In this document: piece by piece, positions 1-12,435 of the stretch
How the letters are laid out: each line of letters opens with the position of its first letter
Position numbering within the stretch: the first letter of the stretch is position 1
Source of the DNA: Neoechinorhynchus agilis
Taxonomy: Eukaryota > Animalia > Acanthocephala
Length of the DNA stretch: 64,000 nt
Direction: 5' to 3'
NCBI GenBank assembly: GCA_051530055.1
Contig: CM121342.1
Location: 4,649,489 to 4,713,488 of the forward strand
Translations under genes and position numbers: made by a program
The notes under the pieces: model-generated
The model's database searches: none
What the model saw: only the letters and a program-made list of their open reading frames with translations
What the model was told of the DNA's origin: nothing

Positions 1-1028
1 AGATATCTGAGGATCCGGAGAGATGTACGAACTCCTAACGTTTCATCCGAGTTAAAGAGGTAACATCACTTCTCTGATGTAAAACATAAAATTTCTTAGA
101 CCGCAGAAAGTGCTAATTCACATCAATAAAGAAAATAGAATTTAAGAACAAAGTTTTGTTGGCATAAAAAGAATATTTTTATTTTCTAGCTTTCCTTTAG
201 TCGTTAGACGTTGATCAATCATTTTCGTATTCACGCATGAGAAGGTTCCCTCGACAATCAATTTATCCTGTTTGATGGGATCCATCGTTTCTCGGAGATT
301 TCCCGTTATTTCCAGTTTCTGCGTGCTGCTTCTTATTTCGAAACTTAATCGTTCGAGAGCAACCTTTACGGCTGGAAAATTAAATATAATTTCACAAGAA
401 TGTTCTATACATTTAAAGTTTGATTTTTTGTGAAGTGTTTACAATAATTTTGGGAATAGTCGCCTTTTTTGCTTTAAAAGCCCTAACGTTTATTCAGTTG
501 TGAGTTATTTGGTTGACTTTTTACACTCTGACGCTTACAGATTAATTTTAGCGAGAGTTTGCATTATCGTTTTACAAAAAAAGAGACAAAGTCCTTGTAT
601 TTTGTATGGTTTGAGGATAATATTGCGGTTCTGAAAATTAGATGGCAGTGATTTCGAACGAGGAGTTTGGACCATTACATCATAACTCCGATTTATTGAA
701 TCCGACTGATTTCGGAAGCATGCACGATTGTGTCTTTAATTAACGTTGTTTTCGAAAAAATACAAAAAGCTTTACCACCACTTCTTTTTAATATTTTCTT
801 AAATATTTGTTTACAATAATACAGGAATCGCTCTCAGAAACAATCTACAGAATGCACAGTGAACAGTGTGATTGAATCTAAATAGGACATTAAAAAGAAC
901 GTCCCCTAGTCTATTGATTGTAAGTTTTTCAAATAAATAAAAAACACAACTGCAATCTAATAATAAAGCACAAAACGTGAAATCATTACCGTCCGCAAAA
1001 TTAGCGCTTCTCTCCTTTCTCGGCTGTC

Positions 1029-1690
1029 GCTGGCAGCATTGCCACGTTGTACTGCGAGCGAGATATTTTGTCGCAGGAATACACCTGCTCGTGCGTCGTC
1101 GGTCGTTTCTCTCAATTTCTTCGAGAGATCCTGGAGCAGAGTGGCGAGCTGCCGAGCGATCCATACGTCTCTACTCCGAAGGGGACAAAATAGTGGGTCC
1201 TTGCTAATTCTCTATAATTTCGTACCTTCCTCCCTTCCGCTGAGAGAGTAGGGAATGTTGCTTACTGCGAGGGTCGTCCCAGAGAAGGCATTTGCCCTCC
1301 TGCCACGGAAAGACCGAAATTCCGTTGGGTAGACGACCGTCTAGTCGACAAAGATGGACGGGTTCCAAAATGTTGGCAAAGTCCGCCGTTCTCAACGCCC
1401 GAGAAATTACGCTGTTGATTTCAGAATGGCGTGAGAACCTTCCTGCTGACTTTCGACAAACGAGACTGTGTCGCTTGAAAGCACCAACCAAAGACCCACA
1501 TCGACAGTGACGGGACATGCATATCGGGAAACCAAGTCTTAAGGACACTGCGATCTTCGTTACCTCATCAGTGAGAAGAGTTCCTAAAGATGCCAGAGGA
1601 ACAGCCTCCAACCACGCCCCCGATCCTCATGTCGAAACTGCCAACAATCTAGTTCGGACGACCCCATCGAGGGATTTCGAGAACCTTGAT
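1029..1690 (-). mobile_element. Degenerate 3' fragment of a CRE/R2-like non-LTR retrotransposon (CCHC knuckle + restriction-like endonuclease region)
   Basis: Joining minus-strand frames across one stop and two frameshifts gives RLLAVST*GSGAWLEAVPLASLGTLL...LRLGFPIC..HCRCG...HSLVCRKSAGRFSRH..IN..I.RAL...EP..L.R.DGRLPNG....PW..GK.L.WD, then RK..NY.EL..THYFVPFGVETYGSLG, then ATLLQDLSKKL...AGVFLRQNISLAVQRGNAAS. This matches the C-terminal motif series of RLE-bearing CRE-type elements. The segment is a GC-rich island; no RT domain remains. Confidence 0.85.
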
Positions 1691-2166
1691 AACGGCATAC
1701 CTTACGAAACTGATCGGATTCAATAAATTACTTCCATAATTATTATACTTTTGGTGAAAATAATCCCTTGGTAATAGCATTTTTGATTTATTTGAGATGT
1801 TTCGCGAGGAGGTAACCTCGTCTCCTCCTCCGTCATCCAAAAATTAATTTTTCCCATTCAGGTTTTATGCTTCAGTGCGCGGGATCGCCAAACCCGAAGT
1901 TCGAAGACGATATATCCGCTCGAACCCACTGATTTTAGTATTGATTGTTGACACGTCGTTGGCTGGAAGTTTCGAGCTAAAATTAGCTTTATTTCCTTCC
2001 ATTGTGTTGGACACAGCGATGCGACGTCTTTTTGGTTTTTGTTCTGTTTCAAAAAAAAGGTGCTACCAAAATCCGTTCGATGAGTAATTTCACCAAAATA
2101 ATATTTGACTAACCCAAAAGATTTTCTCTATCGATGACTTCCATAATTCTAAAAAAATTTGGTTCG

Positions 2167-2871
2167 TCACTCAAAAGTATTCTGTTGGTCTTGAATAAAC
2201 CTCGGTGGTGGTCTCTCCGGTGGTTCCATCAACTCAGCCAAGTCTTCTCCAATTTGTTTGCTTAGCCGCTTAGGCACATGTTTAAGTCCGTGATAGTGAG
2301 CCATTAAATAGAGTAGAGTCGCTATTGACCAATTTGGTGCCATCAGATAAAGAATTGGACTCGAGAACATGTAAATGGCACATACTGAACATAAGATACT
2401 CCTTTGAACACAACTGATTTGAGTGCACGGCCTATGTGACTTTGTTCTCTTTTTTTGCTGATCTCCTTAAATAGAACAACGTCCTATAGAAAAGAATGGA
2501 TAAAATCGCCAATGTGGATCTTTAGACTTAAAATATTCTGTTTCTCTTTGGCCAGTTTCTCCACTTCTTCAGCTTCACAGTACATGTTATTGTAATCGAT
2601 ACCTGTGATTGTATCAATCGATTCCCCATTATCAGTCGATATTTCGACGACACCATAAAATGTGTCAGAAGTTCCTGAATATCGAACAATTCAAGAACCA
2701 CTGCCTTATATTTACCAAAAGAGCCATGACGGTGTGGACAATTAGTTGCTTTACCACCACCAAGGCAACAATGCAGGCTAAAGCCGATGTGGATGCTGAG
2801 AGGATCGCATGACGGCGAGCCCAAATATGCCACTTGAATATGTTTTCAACCGGAGTAGGAGGCGATTGCAT
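2167..2871 (-). CDS. CYBA: Cytochrome b-245 light chain (p22phox)-like; internal exon structure unresolved
   Basis: N-terminus MQSPP...FKWHIWARRHAILSASTSALACIVALV resembles p22phox [24 protein letters not shown]. The last reading frame VQRSIL...SIATLLYLMAHYHGLKHVP...MEPPERPPPRF resembles VRAVL...AIASGIYLLAAVRGEQWTP...QPPSNPPPRP, including the proline-rich SH3 ligand. I could not define the middle exons. Confidence 0.7.
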
Positions 2872-3580
2872 TCTGTCTCTAAAATGAAAACCAACAACCG
2901 CGCTAAATACGACTGATGTACCGAATTTTTTATGAACTTTAATTTCAAGTTTTATAATTTCGAAAATGGACACTTGAGCGGGCTGTTGAAAGAAAAATCT
3001 TTATTCTCAAGCTTTGGTCGTCTTAAGACTTAAGCTCAGCGATCTACAAAGGCGAAAGGAAGATGTGAAGTTTGTGCGTTAAAGTAGCAACATTGAAGTA
3101 TATGGAAAGTTCGTTTCAGTTTGTGGTCTAGGATCCGCTGGAATCATCTATCGACGAGAGACTATTTATATCCTGGACGGTTGAAAGGTGTTTCCACGAA
3201 ATTTGTATTGAAATTTTTACGATCAATGTCACATCGTGGAAGAAGATTGAAGTACCCAATCAAAAACTGATAAAATAGCCCGTGGAAGAGTTTATTTTCA
3301 TGTTAAAAAATATCAGATTGAAAATGTCGAGTTTAAGCATTCGGAAAACCAACAAAAAATCGACGTTAAAGCACAAAAACGAGTTTAAATTGAACGGGAA
3401 AATTGTTCGTAGACGCTTATTCGTCGAGGCAAGTGATTACTTGTTTTCCAAAAGATTCTTGTTGATTATTATTCTATTTTTGAGTTTGTCATCGATTGTT
3501 GTCAAAACATCTTGAGTATAAAAAGAGGCGATTCATCGTTCCAAAGTCAAACTTCTCTCTCTCTCCATCGAACCTTAAAA

Positions 3581-4231
3581 ATGATCGCTCTTCTCTGCTT
3601 CACAGCTTTCATTGCAATTGGTTTCAGCAGTGGAAACCAAAAACGCCAAGGCCAAGAATCGACATTGAGAGACCAATTCAAGGAACCGAGGAGAAAAAGT
3701 GATCTGCGAGGGATATTAGTGACGTATTATGCGAAATCGTACATGGGAACGGATTCAAATTATACTGAGATTAAACAAATCACCGACGCTTTTAATAAGG
3801 AGAACGGAAAGCGTGTTACTCTGCAGAAAACTAAGGACAAATCAAAGGCTGGAAGAGTAGAAATAAATGCATACGGAATACATATCTTAAAAAAATATGA
3901 GTTGGAACGATATGAAAAGTCAAAATTTGAGGAATTTTTCAATTATAGCATCGATGTATTGGGAGACGATCGATGGGTAGATTTGGAGTATTATGTGGAC
4001 CCGGATTCAAAAGCGGATAAAAATTACACGGATATCGAACAAATCGTTGCCGGTGATGATGACTACAAACAATTCGCTCACATGGAGAAACGGGACAACA
4101 AATCCAAGGCTGGAAACGTAAGCATGACATTTTACAAACTCTATAAGCAGGTCAAGCACAAAGAGTTTTCGTACGAAAAGTCAAAGTTTGATCGTTATCT
4201 TAACAGGTACATCGGCTGGTATTTTAAATGA
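3581..4231 (+). CDS. Orphan secreted protein (216 aa) with two ~85-aa internal repeats
   Basis: ATG at 3581 starts MIALLCFTAFIAIGFSS (signal-peptide-like). Intronless ORF. Repeat motifs YY..NYT(E/D)I(K/E)QI..KSKAG.V..YEKSKF each occur twice. Confidence 0.75.
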   Translation: MIALLCFTAFIAIGFSSGNQKRQGQESTLRDQFKEPRRKSDLRGILVTYYAKSYMGTDSNYTEIKQITDAFNKENGKRVTLQKTKDKSKAGRVEINAYGIHILKKYELERYEKSKFEEFFNYSIDVLGDDRWVDLEYYVDPDSKADKNYTDIEQIVAGDDDYKQFAHMEKRDNKSKAGNVSMTFYKLYKQVKHKEFSYEKSKFDRYLNRYIGWYFK

Positions 4232-5116
4232 GAACGGCAGATCTCAGTTAGTTTCGATGGCTGTATCCGTCGATAGTTTCAATAAATAGTTTTTTGGCAT
4301 TCATTTGTAAAAAACTTTAGAACGGGTTTTTCGTGTTCTAAAATTCAATTTTGAAGCGATCGTTTTAAACACACACAAAGCCGTCCCAAATAAACGAAAT
4401 CTTATAAGCGGTTGCCCGCATTTCTCGATTGGTCGATTCAAATCACGAAACATCTCTCGATGCGACGCGGATCTGGAAGAATCGTCGCTGATTTCGTCAT
4501 ATTTCCCAAAGTTTGAAGTGAACGCAAATGGTCAAAAATAGCGTTCTTTGTGATTTACGGTGTTGTGGTCATTCTTTACGTCGTCCGCCCGCGCTCGCGA
4601 TGATTTGTTTATTTTCGACTGTCGTCCGTCAGAAATAGCGCCTTATCACTCTGTAAATTAGATCGATATTTCTCGATCGATGGCAATTCATTTTTTCCCA
4701 TTTCGACCAACACAACTTAAATTTCGCAATTCAGGTAAATCCAGAAAAATCTGATCAAATTCTTTGTTTATTATTTTCCTCCAGAGAATCAGAACCTTTT
4801 TAGCATCTCTCAACGCCTTTTTTGCGCGCTTTCGGAATTATTCCAAGAAACTTCGTTGAGAAATTTCCGTTAGAAAAATGTGAGTTTGCTTTTAATAAGA
4901 AATCAGCGAGTTAGCCGAAAAGTTTAGTGGGCGATGTGTCCAAATTTATCGTAAGAACATTACAAAACGGAATGACAGCAATGAAGAAAAAAACTTACGC
5001 AAATCATTCAAAAATGTGGCTAAAGCCGAAACATTGCGACTTCTACGAATGGATAAAATTGTTCTTTTCTTAGCAGTAAAGAGTTTACCGAGAAAAAAAC
5101 GGTGCAGAAGCGTTTC

Positions 5117-8100
5117 TTAGTTCAAAAGCTCATTTTCTCGGACGTCGACGAACTTTACGCATCTCTTCGCTCCTTTGTAGATTCCTGAACAAAACGTAAA
5201 ACGGCGAAAACTCTCGGGCAAATGAAGATTTTCTAGTTTTTATTTCGAAAACAAACTTTTTTCTAAAGACACGACGATTTCATTAGTTCAAAAGCTCATT
5301 TTCTCGGACGTCGACGAACTTTAGGCGTCTCTTCGCTCCTTTGTAGATTCCTGAACAAAACGTAAAACGGCGAAAACTCTCGGGCAAATGAAGATTTTCT
5401 AGTTTTTATTTTCAAAAACAAAACTTTTTTCTAAAGACACGACGATTTCATTAGTTCAAAAGCTCATTTTCTCGGACGTCGACGAACTTTAGGCGTCTCT
5501 TCGCTCCTTTGTAGATTCCTGAACAAAACGTAAAACGGCGAAAACTCTCGGGCAAATGAAGATTTTCTAGTTTTCATTTTTAAAAACAAAACTTTTTTCT
5601 AAAGACACGACGATTTCATTAGTTCAAAAGCTCATTTTCTCGGACGTCGACGAACTTTAGGCGTCTCTACGCTCCTTTGTAGATTCCTGAACAAAACGTA
5701 AAACGGCGAAAACTCTCGGGCAAATGAAGATTTTCTAGTTTTCATTTTGAAAAACAAAACTTTTTTCTAAAGACACGACGATTTCATTAGTTCAAAAGCT
5801 CATTTTCTCGGACGTCGACGAACTTTACGCATCTCTTCGCTCCTTTGTAGATTCCTGAACAAAACGTAAAACGGCGAAAACTCTCGGGTTAATAAAGATT
5901 TTTTAGTTTTTATTTTCGAAAACAAAACTTTTTTCTAAAGACACGACGATTTCATTAGTTCAAAAGCTCATTTTCTCGGACGTCGACGAACTTTAGGCGT
6001 CTCTTCGCTCCTTTGTAGATTCCTGAACAAAACGTAAAACGGCGAAAACTCTCGGTCAATTGAAGATTTTCTAGTTTTCATTTTTAAAAACAAAACTTTT
6101 TTCTAAAGACACGACGATTTCATTAGTTCAAAAGCTCATTTTCTCGGACGTCGACGAACTTTACGCATCTCTTCGCTCCTTTGTAGATTCCTGAACAATA
6201 CGTAAAACGGCGAAAACTCTCGGGCAAATAAAGATTTTTTAGTTTTCATTTTAAAAAAAACTTTTTTCTAAAGACACGACGATTTCATTAGTTCAAAAGC
6301 TCATTTTCTCGGACGTCGACGAACTTTACGCATCTCTTCGCTCCTTTGTAGATTCCTGAACGAAACGTAAAACGGCGAAAACTCGGGTTAATAAAGATTT
6401 TTTAGTTTTTATTTTCGAAAACAAAACTTTTTTCTAAAGACACGACGATTTCATTAGTTCAAAAGCTCATTTTCTCGGACGTCGACGAACTTTACGCGTC
6501 TCTTCGCTCCTTTGTAGATTCCTGAACAAAACGTAAAACGGCGAAAACTCTCGGTCAATTGAAGATTTTCTAGTTTTTATTTTCAAAAACAAAACTTTTT
6601 TCTAAAGACACGACGATTTCATTAGTTCAAAAGCTCATTTTCTCGGACGTCGACGAACTTTACGCGTCTCTTCGCTCCTTTGTAGATTCCTGAACAAAAC
6701 GTAAAACGGCGAAAACTCTCGGGCAAATGAAGATTTTCTAGTTTTTATTTTCAAAAACAAAACTTTTTTCTAAAGACACGACGATTTCATTAGTTCAAAA
6801 GCTCATTTTCTCGGACGTCGACGAACTTTACGCATCTCTACGCTCCTTTGTAGATTCCTGAACAAAACGTAAAACGGCGAAAACTCTCGGGCAAATGAAG
6901 ATTTTCTAGTTTTTATTTTGAAAAACAAAACTTTTTTCTAAAGACACGACGATTTCATTAGTTCAAAAGCTCATTTTCTCGGACGTCGACGAACTTTACG
7001 CATCTCCTGAACAAAACGTAAAACGGCCAAAGCTCTCGGGCAAATGAAGATTTCCTAGTTTTTATTTTCAAAAACAAAACTTTTTTCTAAAGACACGACG
7101 ATTTCATTAGTTCAAAAGCTCATTTTCTCGGACGTCGACGAACTTTAGGCGTCTCTACGCTCCTTTGTAGATTCCTGAACAAAACGTAAAACGGCGAAAA
7201 CTATCGGGTTAATAAAAAAATTTTAGTTTTTATTTTCGAAAACAAAACTTTTTTCTAAAGACACGACGATTTCATTAGTTCAAAAGCTCATTTTCTCGGA
7301 CGTCGACGAACTTTACGCATCTCTTCGCTCCTTTGTAGATTCCTGAACAAAACGTAAAACGGCGAAAACTCTCGGGTTAATAAAGATTTTTTAGTTTTTA
7401 TTTTCGAAAACAAAACTTTTTTCTAAAGACACGACGATTTCATTAGTTCAAAAGCTCATTTTCTCGGACGTCGACGAACTTTAGGCGTCTCTACGCTCCT
7501 TTGTAGATTCCTGAACAAAACGTAAAACGGCGAAAACTCTCGGGCAAATGAAGATTTTCTGGTTTTCATTTTTAAAAACAAAACTTTTTTCTAAAGACAC
7601 GACGATTTCATTAGTTCAAAAGCTCATTTTCTCGGACGTCGACGAACTTTACGCGTCTCTTCGCTCCTTTGTAGATTCCTGAACAAAACGTAAAACGGCG
7701 AAAACTCTCGGGCAAATGAAGATTTTCTAGTTTTCATTTTTAAAAACAAAACTTTTTTCTAAAGACACGACGATTTCATTAGTTCAAAAGCTCATTTTCT
7801 CGGACGTCGACGAACTTTACGCGTCTCTTCGCTCCTTTGTAGATTCCTGAACAAAACGTAAAACGGCGAAAACTCTCGGGCAAATGAAGATTTTCTAGTT
7901 TTTATTTTGAAAAACAAAACTTTTTTCTAAAGACACGACGATTTCATTAGTTCAAAAGCTCATTTTCTCGGACGTCGACGAACTCTACGCATCTCCTGAA
8001 CAAAATGTAAAACGGCCAAAGCTCTCGGGCAAATAAAGATTTTCTAGTTTTCATTTTAAAAAACAAAACTTTTTTCTAAAGACACGACGATTTCATTAGT

Positions 8101-8673
8101 TCAAGAGCTCATTTTCTCGGACGTCGACGAACTCTACGCATCTCCTGAACAAAATGTAAAACGGCCAAAGCTCTCGGGCAAATAAAGATTTTCTAGTTTT
8201 TATTTTCAAAAACAAAACTTTTTTCTAAAGACACGACGATTTCATTAGTTCAAAAGCTCATTTTCTCGGACGTCGACGAACTTTAGGCGTCTCTACGCTC
8301 CTTTGTAGATTCCTGAACAAAACGTAAAACGGCGAAAACTCTCGGGCAAATAAAGATTTTTTAGTTTTTATTTTGAAAAACAAAACTTTTTTCTAAAGAC
8401 ACGACGATTTCATTAGTTCAAAAGCTCATTTTCTCGGACGTCGACGAACTTTAGGCGTCTCTACGCTCCTTTGTAGATTCCTGAGCAAAACGTAAAACGG
8501 CGAAAACTCTCGCTCAATTGAAGATTTTCTAGTTTTCATTTTTAAAAACAAAACTTTTTTCTAAAGACACGACGATTTCATTAGTTCAAAAGCTCATTTT
8601 CTCGGACGTCGACGAACTTTACGCATCTCTACGCTCCTTTGCAGATTCCTGATGAAGACGTAAAACGGCGAAA
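5117..8673. repeat. Satellite A, ~168-bp unit, ~21 copies
   Basis: Unit starts TTAGTTCAAAAGCTCATTTTCTCGGACGTCGACG recur at 5283, 5451 and 5619 (168 spacing). Some units carry a 19-bp deletion. Confidence 0.97.
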
Positions 8674-8976
8674 ACAAAACTTGATTTGGCGTGGAAAGGC
8701 TTTATTTTTGCTATCACTGATGAGTCGTCTATGGGCGATTAGCGTCCTAAATATGATCGTTAAAAAGCATAGCCGCAAAAGGGATAATATTTGTTAGTTA
8801 ATTCGTTAAATTTCGACAAAAAGCTGTAATCCGTGACATTTGTCTTTAACGATTTATTTGTGAAGTCCCTGTAAGTCTTGAGAAACAAAAGAGTAGCTTC
8901 GATTTTGTGTTTTCAAGAAGCGGCTCTCATCCAAATAAATTGTAGTTTGTTTTTTATCTACAATTATATAAATCAT

Positions 8977-9968
8977 TTAGTCGATATTGAATGCGAGAGA
9001 TCGGCAAGTGTCGCAAATTGATTCCAGCAATTCCCGATACATTGTGTTTAGGCGTTCATTCTCAGCTTTTAGGTTTTCATATTGCGGTTCGAGAATAGTT
9101 AGCTTTGCAAGCGTCTGTGCTTCTTTAATTTTCTTCTTTTCTCTTGACTTTTTAGCAGATTCATTGTTTCGGGATCTTCGTTGTCGATACGAATCGTCTT
9201 TTTCATCTTCTCGTTTGAGTTGCTAAAATCGAAAAAGTTTTAGAAGAGGTGATAAAAAAGGAAACAAAAGACCAGTAATCGACGAATGGATGTCCGTCTT
9301 TTCAAGCGACACCTCCGTCGGAATTTCGAAAACATCATTTAAACTCGAGGGCAGTACACTATCAATCGGGCACTTATTTGTATCAAGCCCTCTAATGCTT
9401 TTGTGTGTTATACAATCGATCTGCGGAACGTTCCTGCTGCTTCTTTGCTTCCAAATCGTTACTAGGATTTGTCCTGCCCCTTAACCACAAGACTAAATTC
9501 AATGACAAACTAGAAAAGTGTATTTTACGCAATACCATCATCATATCCTCTGAGAAACATAGGATGAGAATATTATGCAATTCATATATAGAGTACGCAT
9601 ATTAGGCACCAGTAGGATAACCGAGAAAAAGTCCTCAAGTCGAGGTCAACTGCACTTACCTTCGCCTTCCTTCGTCCGTCGATGCTTGGCTTCTTGTCAA
9701 TCCAACTCAATTCGTGTCCTCTTTTAACGCTTTTGCTCGACCAAAGATCACAATGGTGGTCAGAGGGGTCATCCGCCTTCCTTCGTCCGTCGATGCTTGG
9801 CTTCTTGTCAATCCAACTCAATTCGTGTTCTCTTTTAACGCTTTTATTCGACCAAAGATCACAATGGCGGTCAGAGGGGTCCTCGGTATCAAAATACCAT
9901 GAACTCATGCTCGGCAATCGACTTGAAGACGCCATTATATCATCCTGACTGCTTACTCCTTGATTCAT
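8977..9968 (-). CDS. bZIP transcription factor (PAR/NFIL3/C-EBP-type basic region), multi-exon
   Basis: Terminal exon, about 8977-9222, translates to KDDSYRQRRSRNNESAKKSREKKK followed by a heptad leucine zipper (L..EPQYENL..KAENERL..NTMYREL) and a stop. A GTAAGT donor near 9660 ends the upstream ORF (ATG 9968). Linkage of the upstream exons to the bZIP exon is inferred. Confidence 0.8.
9663..9884. repeat. 111-bp exact-length tandem duplication (37 codons) in the putative first coding exon of the bZIP gene
   Basis: CGCCTTCCTTCGTCC starts at 9663 and 9774. The minus ORF carries DPSD(R/H)HCDLWS.KSVKR.HELSWIDKKPSIDGRRKA twice. Confidence 0.9.
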
Positions 9969-12435
9969 TGTGCCATACGGGTAAACTTGATCTTTGTTGT
10001 ATAATCCTACATCATCATCGTCAGTAGGGGAAGTGGAACAAGCCAACCGCTAAAGTTCCTAGATCTTTATTCTGATTAGAAACACGCTCAAATCTATACA
10101 AATTTGGTACTTGGAATGATTAATACTCTCACAAGGTGAAAAATTGAAGGAATCAATTGAATTTTAATTGGTTTTTCTTTTAATCATAGTTGCTCGTAAG
10201 TACACTTTATGATCTACTTCCAAACAAAATTGATCAAAAGACTTAAAAGGTTTTGCTTTACAGAAAAATCAATCGAATTCAATTAATTCTTTGAAACCGA
10301 CGGTTCATCATCAGTTCTAAAAACAATAATTCCAATAACATTCCCGTTTTTGAAGAAACACTCTTCCAAAGCACTGAATCTGGACGCAAAATCATGGCCA
10401 AACCGAGGGCAAAAAACACAAATGTTCCAATGAAACACTTGCAGACACGCAGATAAACAGCGGACGTCTTCGTGGACGAGACTTTCTTTTGGTAATTTTG
10501 CCACACCAAAGGATTTTTGGAATTATTGTGTTTTGAAGTCTTCACACCCGCGGTAAATGATTTCTTTTTGATTAAAAAGACGTTCTGCAAACCTCAGCGA
10601 CGGTTCATCATCTCAATTTGTTAGTAATAGACGCTACCCGGTGTATAGACTTCTAACCATAATAATACCAAAGAATAATTCTGACTTTAAACCATTTCTA
10701 CGTTCGCAAATAGCAAGACGGAAGCGTGAAGGCCAGTTTTAATGAAAATGAATTACCACCACGGATTCCTCATCGACGTGATGTTATCCGTAAAAGTACA
10801 ATTATCGATTTATATCAAAGTGTTTCTAATATTTCTAATTAGTTGAAATTAAATGATGATTTTGGCTATCAATTTTCGAAGGCACACAATCTTGTACGCC
10901 TTTTTTATCAAGGTTGTTACCATTAAAGGAGAAGAAAATGGCTAGTTTACAGAATAAGCTGGAAAAAAGAAGGAAAAGATGCACTCTAAAGCAGTCGTTT
11001 AAGTACTGCTCATTTGCTCGTTAGGGCCGGCACCCGGAAATTATAAGAAGTAGTAAACTTTTGAATCCGATTTCGATTAGTTCATTGTTCAAGTGTTTTT
11101 CTAAGAGTTCGATAAGTAGCAGGGAAATAAGGCGGACTCAGTGTATATTTATCCATTCTGTATGTGAATTTTTTAGACCTTGATCAAAAGGCAATAGAAG
11201 ATTGTGAGCCTCTTCGAAACCAATCGGCAGTTTAAAATAAAATCATTTAATTTCTGTACACCATCATATAAAACAACCAAACTATGAACAGTTCAATCTT
11301 CATAAAAAATCTGTCTAATGTTCTTATGGATTTGTAAGTTTGCGATCAGTGTTGGTTCAACAAATCAGCCTCTTTTTCGTTTTGTCGATTTAAATTCCGA
11401 TTTATTTCATAATAATGGATAAATATATTTTAAAGCCACATCGTAATAAAAAATTTTAAAGTAACAAGTTTACATTTCGCCTACCAATACGCAAGATAGA
11501 AATTTATCCAATGTTGTTTGACTTAATTTTTTTTTCAAATTTTTATTAACTCGAGAAGTTTATCCTTAGTTTTTTGAAGATTCTATAGGTTTCTCTTTAA
11601 ACTGAGTATAGAAAATATTCGATTAAATGTGGATTTTGTGCAAATTTAGCCACAACAATATCGGGCACGAGGAAATCGAAAAGACGACGATTTTTGAGAA
11701 AATTAGCCATATTTCACTTTGGCGGCATTATGATTTCCATAAATCCAACTCTATAATCCCGAAGGATGATGGAAAATCAATTAAGCCAGTATCGTAAAAT
11801 CTTGTTTTAATTATGATCCGTGAAATATAATTGTTTTTCTTTAAATGTCCCTTTTCAAGCGCATTTAGTGAAAAGTCAGAATAAAAATAAGGGCTCTATT
11901 TTTGACACATAATTCCCATTGTGATTAAAATTTCTTTAACCTGAGCACTTGCCTTTATGTTCGCGATTACCGCTTAGGCTATAATAATCCCGATGTTGTT
12001 GATCATTATCATAATAATAGCAATAATCGGGTAAATATGAGTTTTGGGTGTACATTTCCATCGGATCTAAATGACAAATTAGAAGATTTAGAAATTGCCG
12101 AACCTCGTTTTTTTCGATAGTTGTTTTGTTCGTGGACGTAGTGGGCTAACAGTTAAAAGAAACCACGAAAGGAGACCAAAGTGCTATGGATACCATATTT
12201 TTGGCAGTGGCGGTGTGTGTCAGCCTATAAGCATGCGTATTTGCCCTGGTTGCTTTATGGTTTTTCCCAGCAGACTGTTGCCCCCCTTTTTATGCGCTCC
12301 GTAGAGCAGCAGCGATCTTTTTTTTCGAAGGAGTTGACAAAAATTTGCTATAACGGACAGCAACCACCGGGAGGAGACGGCAACGGGATACTGAAACACG
12401 TTGGATACCGTTGAGGCACACAGTAAGCCTCCTTC

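Noticed and set aside
8641-8730. Hammerhead-like CTGATGA..GAAA in the last satellite A unit, and a second CTGATGAG near 8717
   Set aside because: Stem II is mismatched, there is no stem I partner, and other units read CTGAACA. CTGATGA also occurs several times elsewhere in the window by chance.
10279-10590. Two overlapping minus ORFs upstream of the bZIP gene
   Set aside because: Short, TTG-started, with no motif or splice support.
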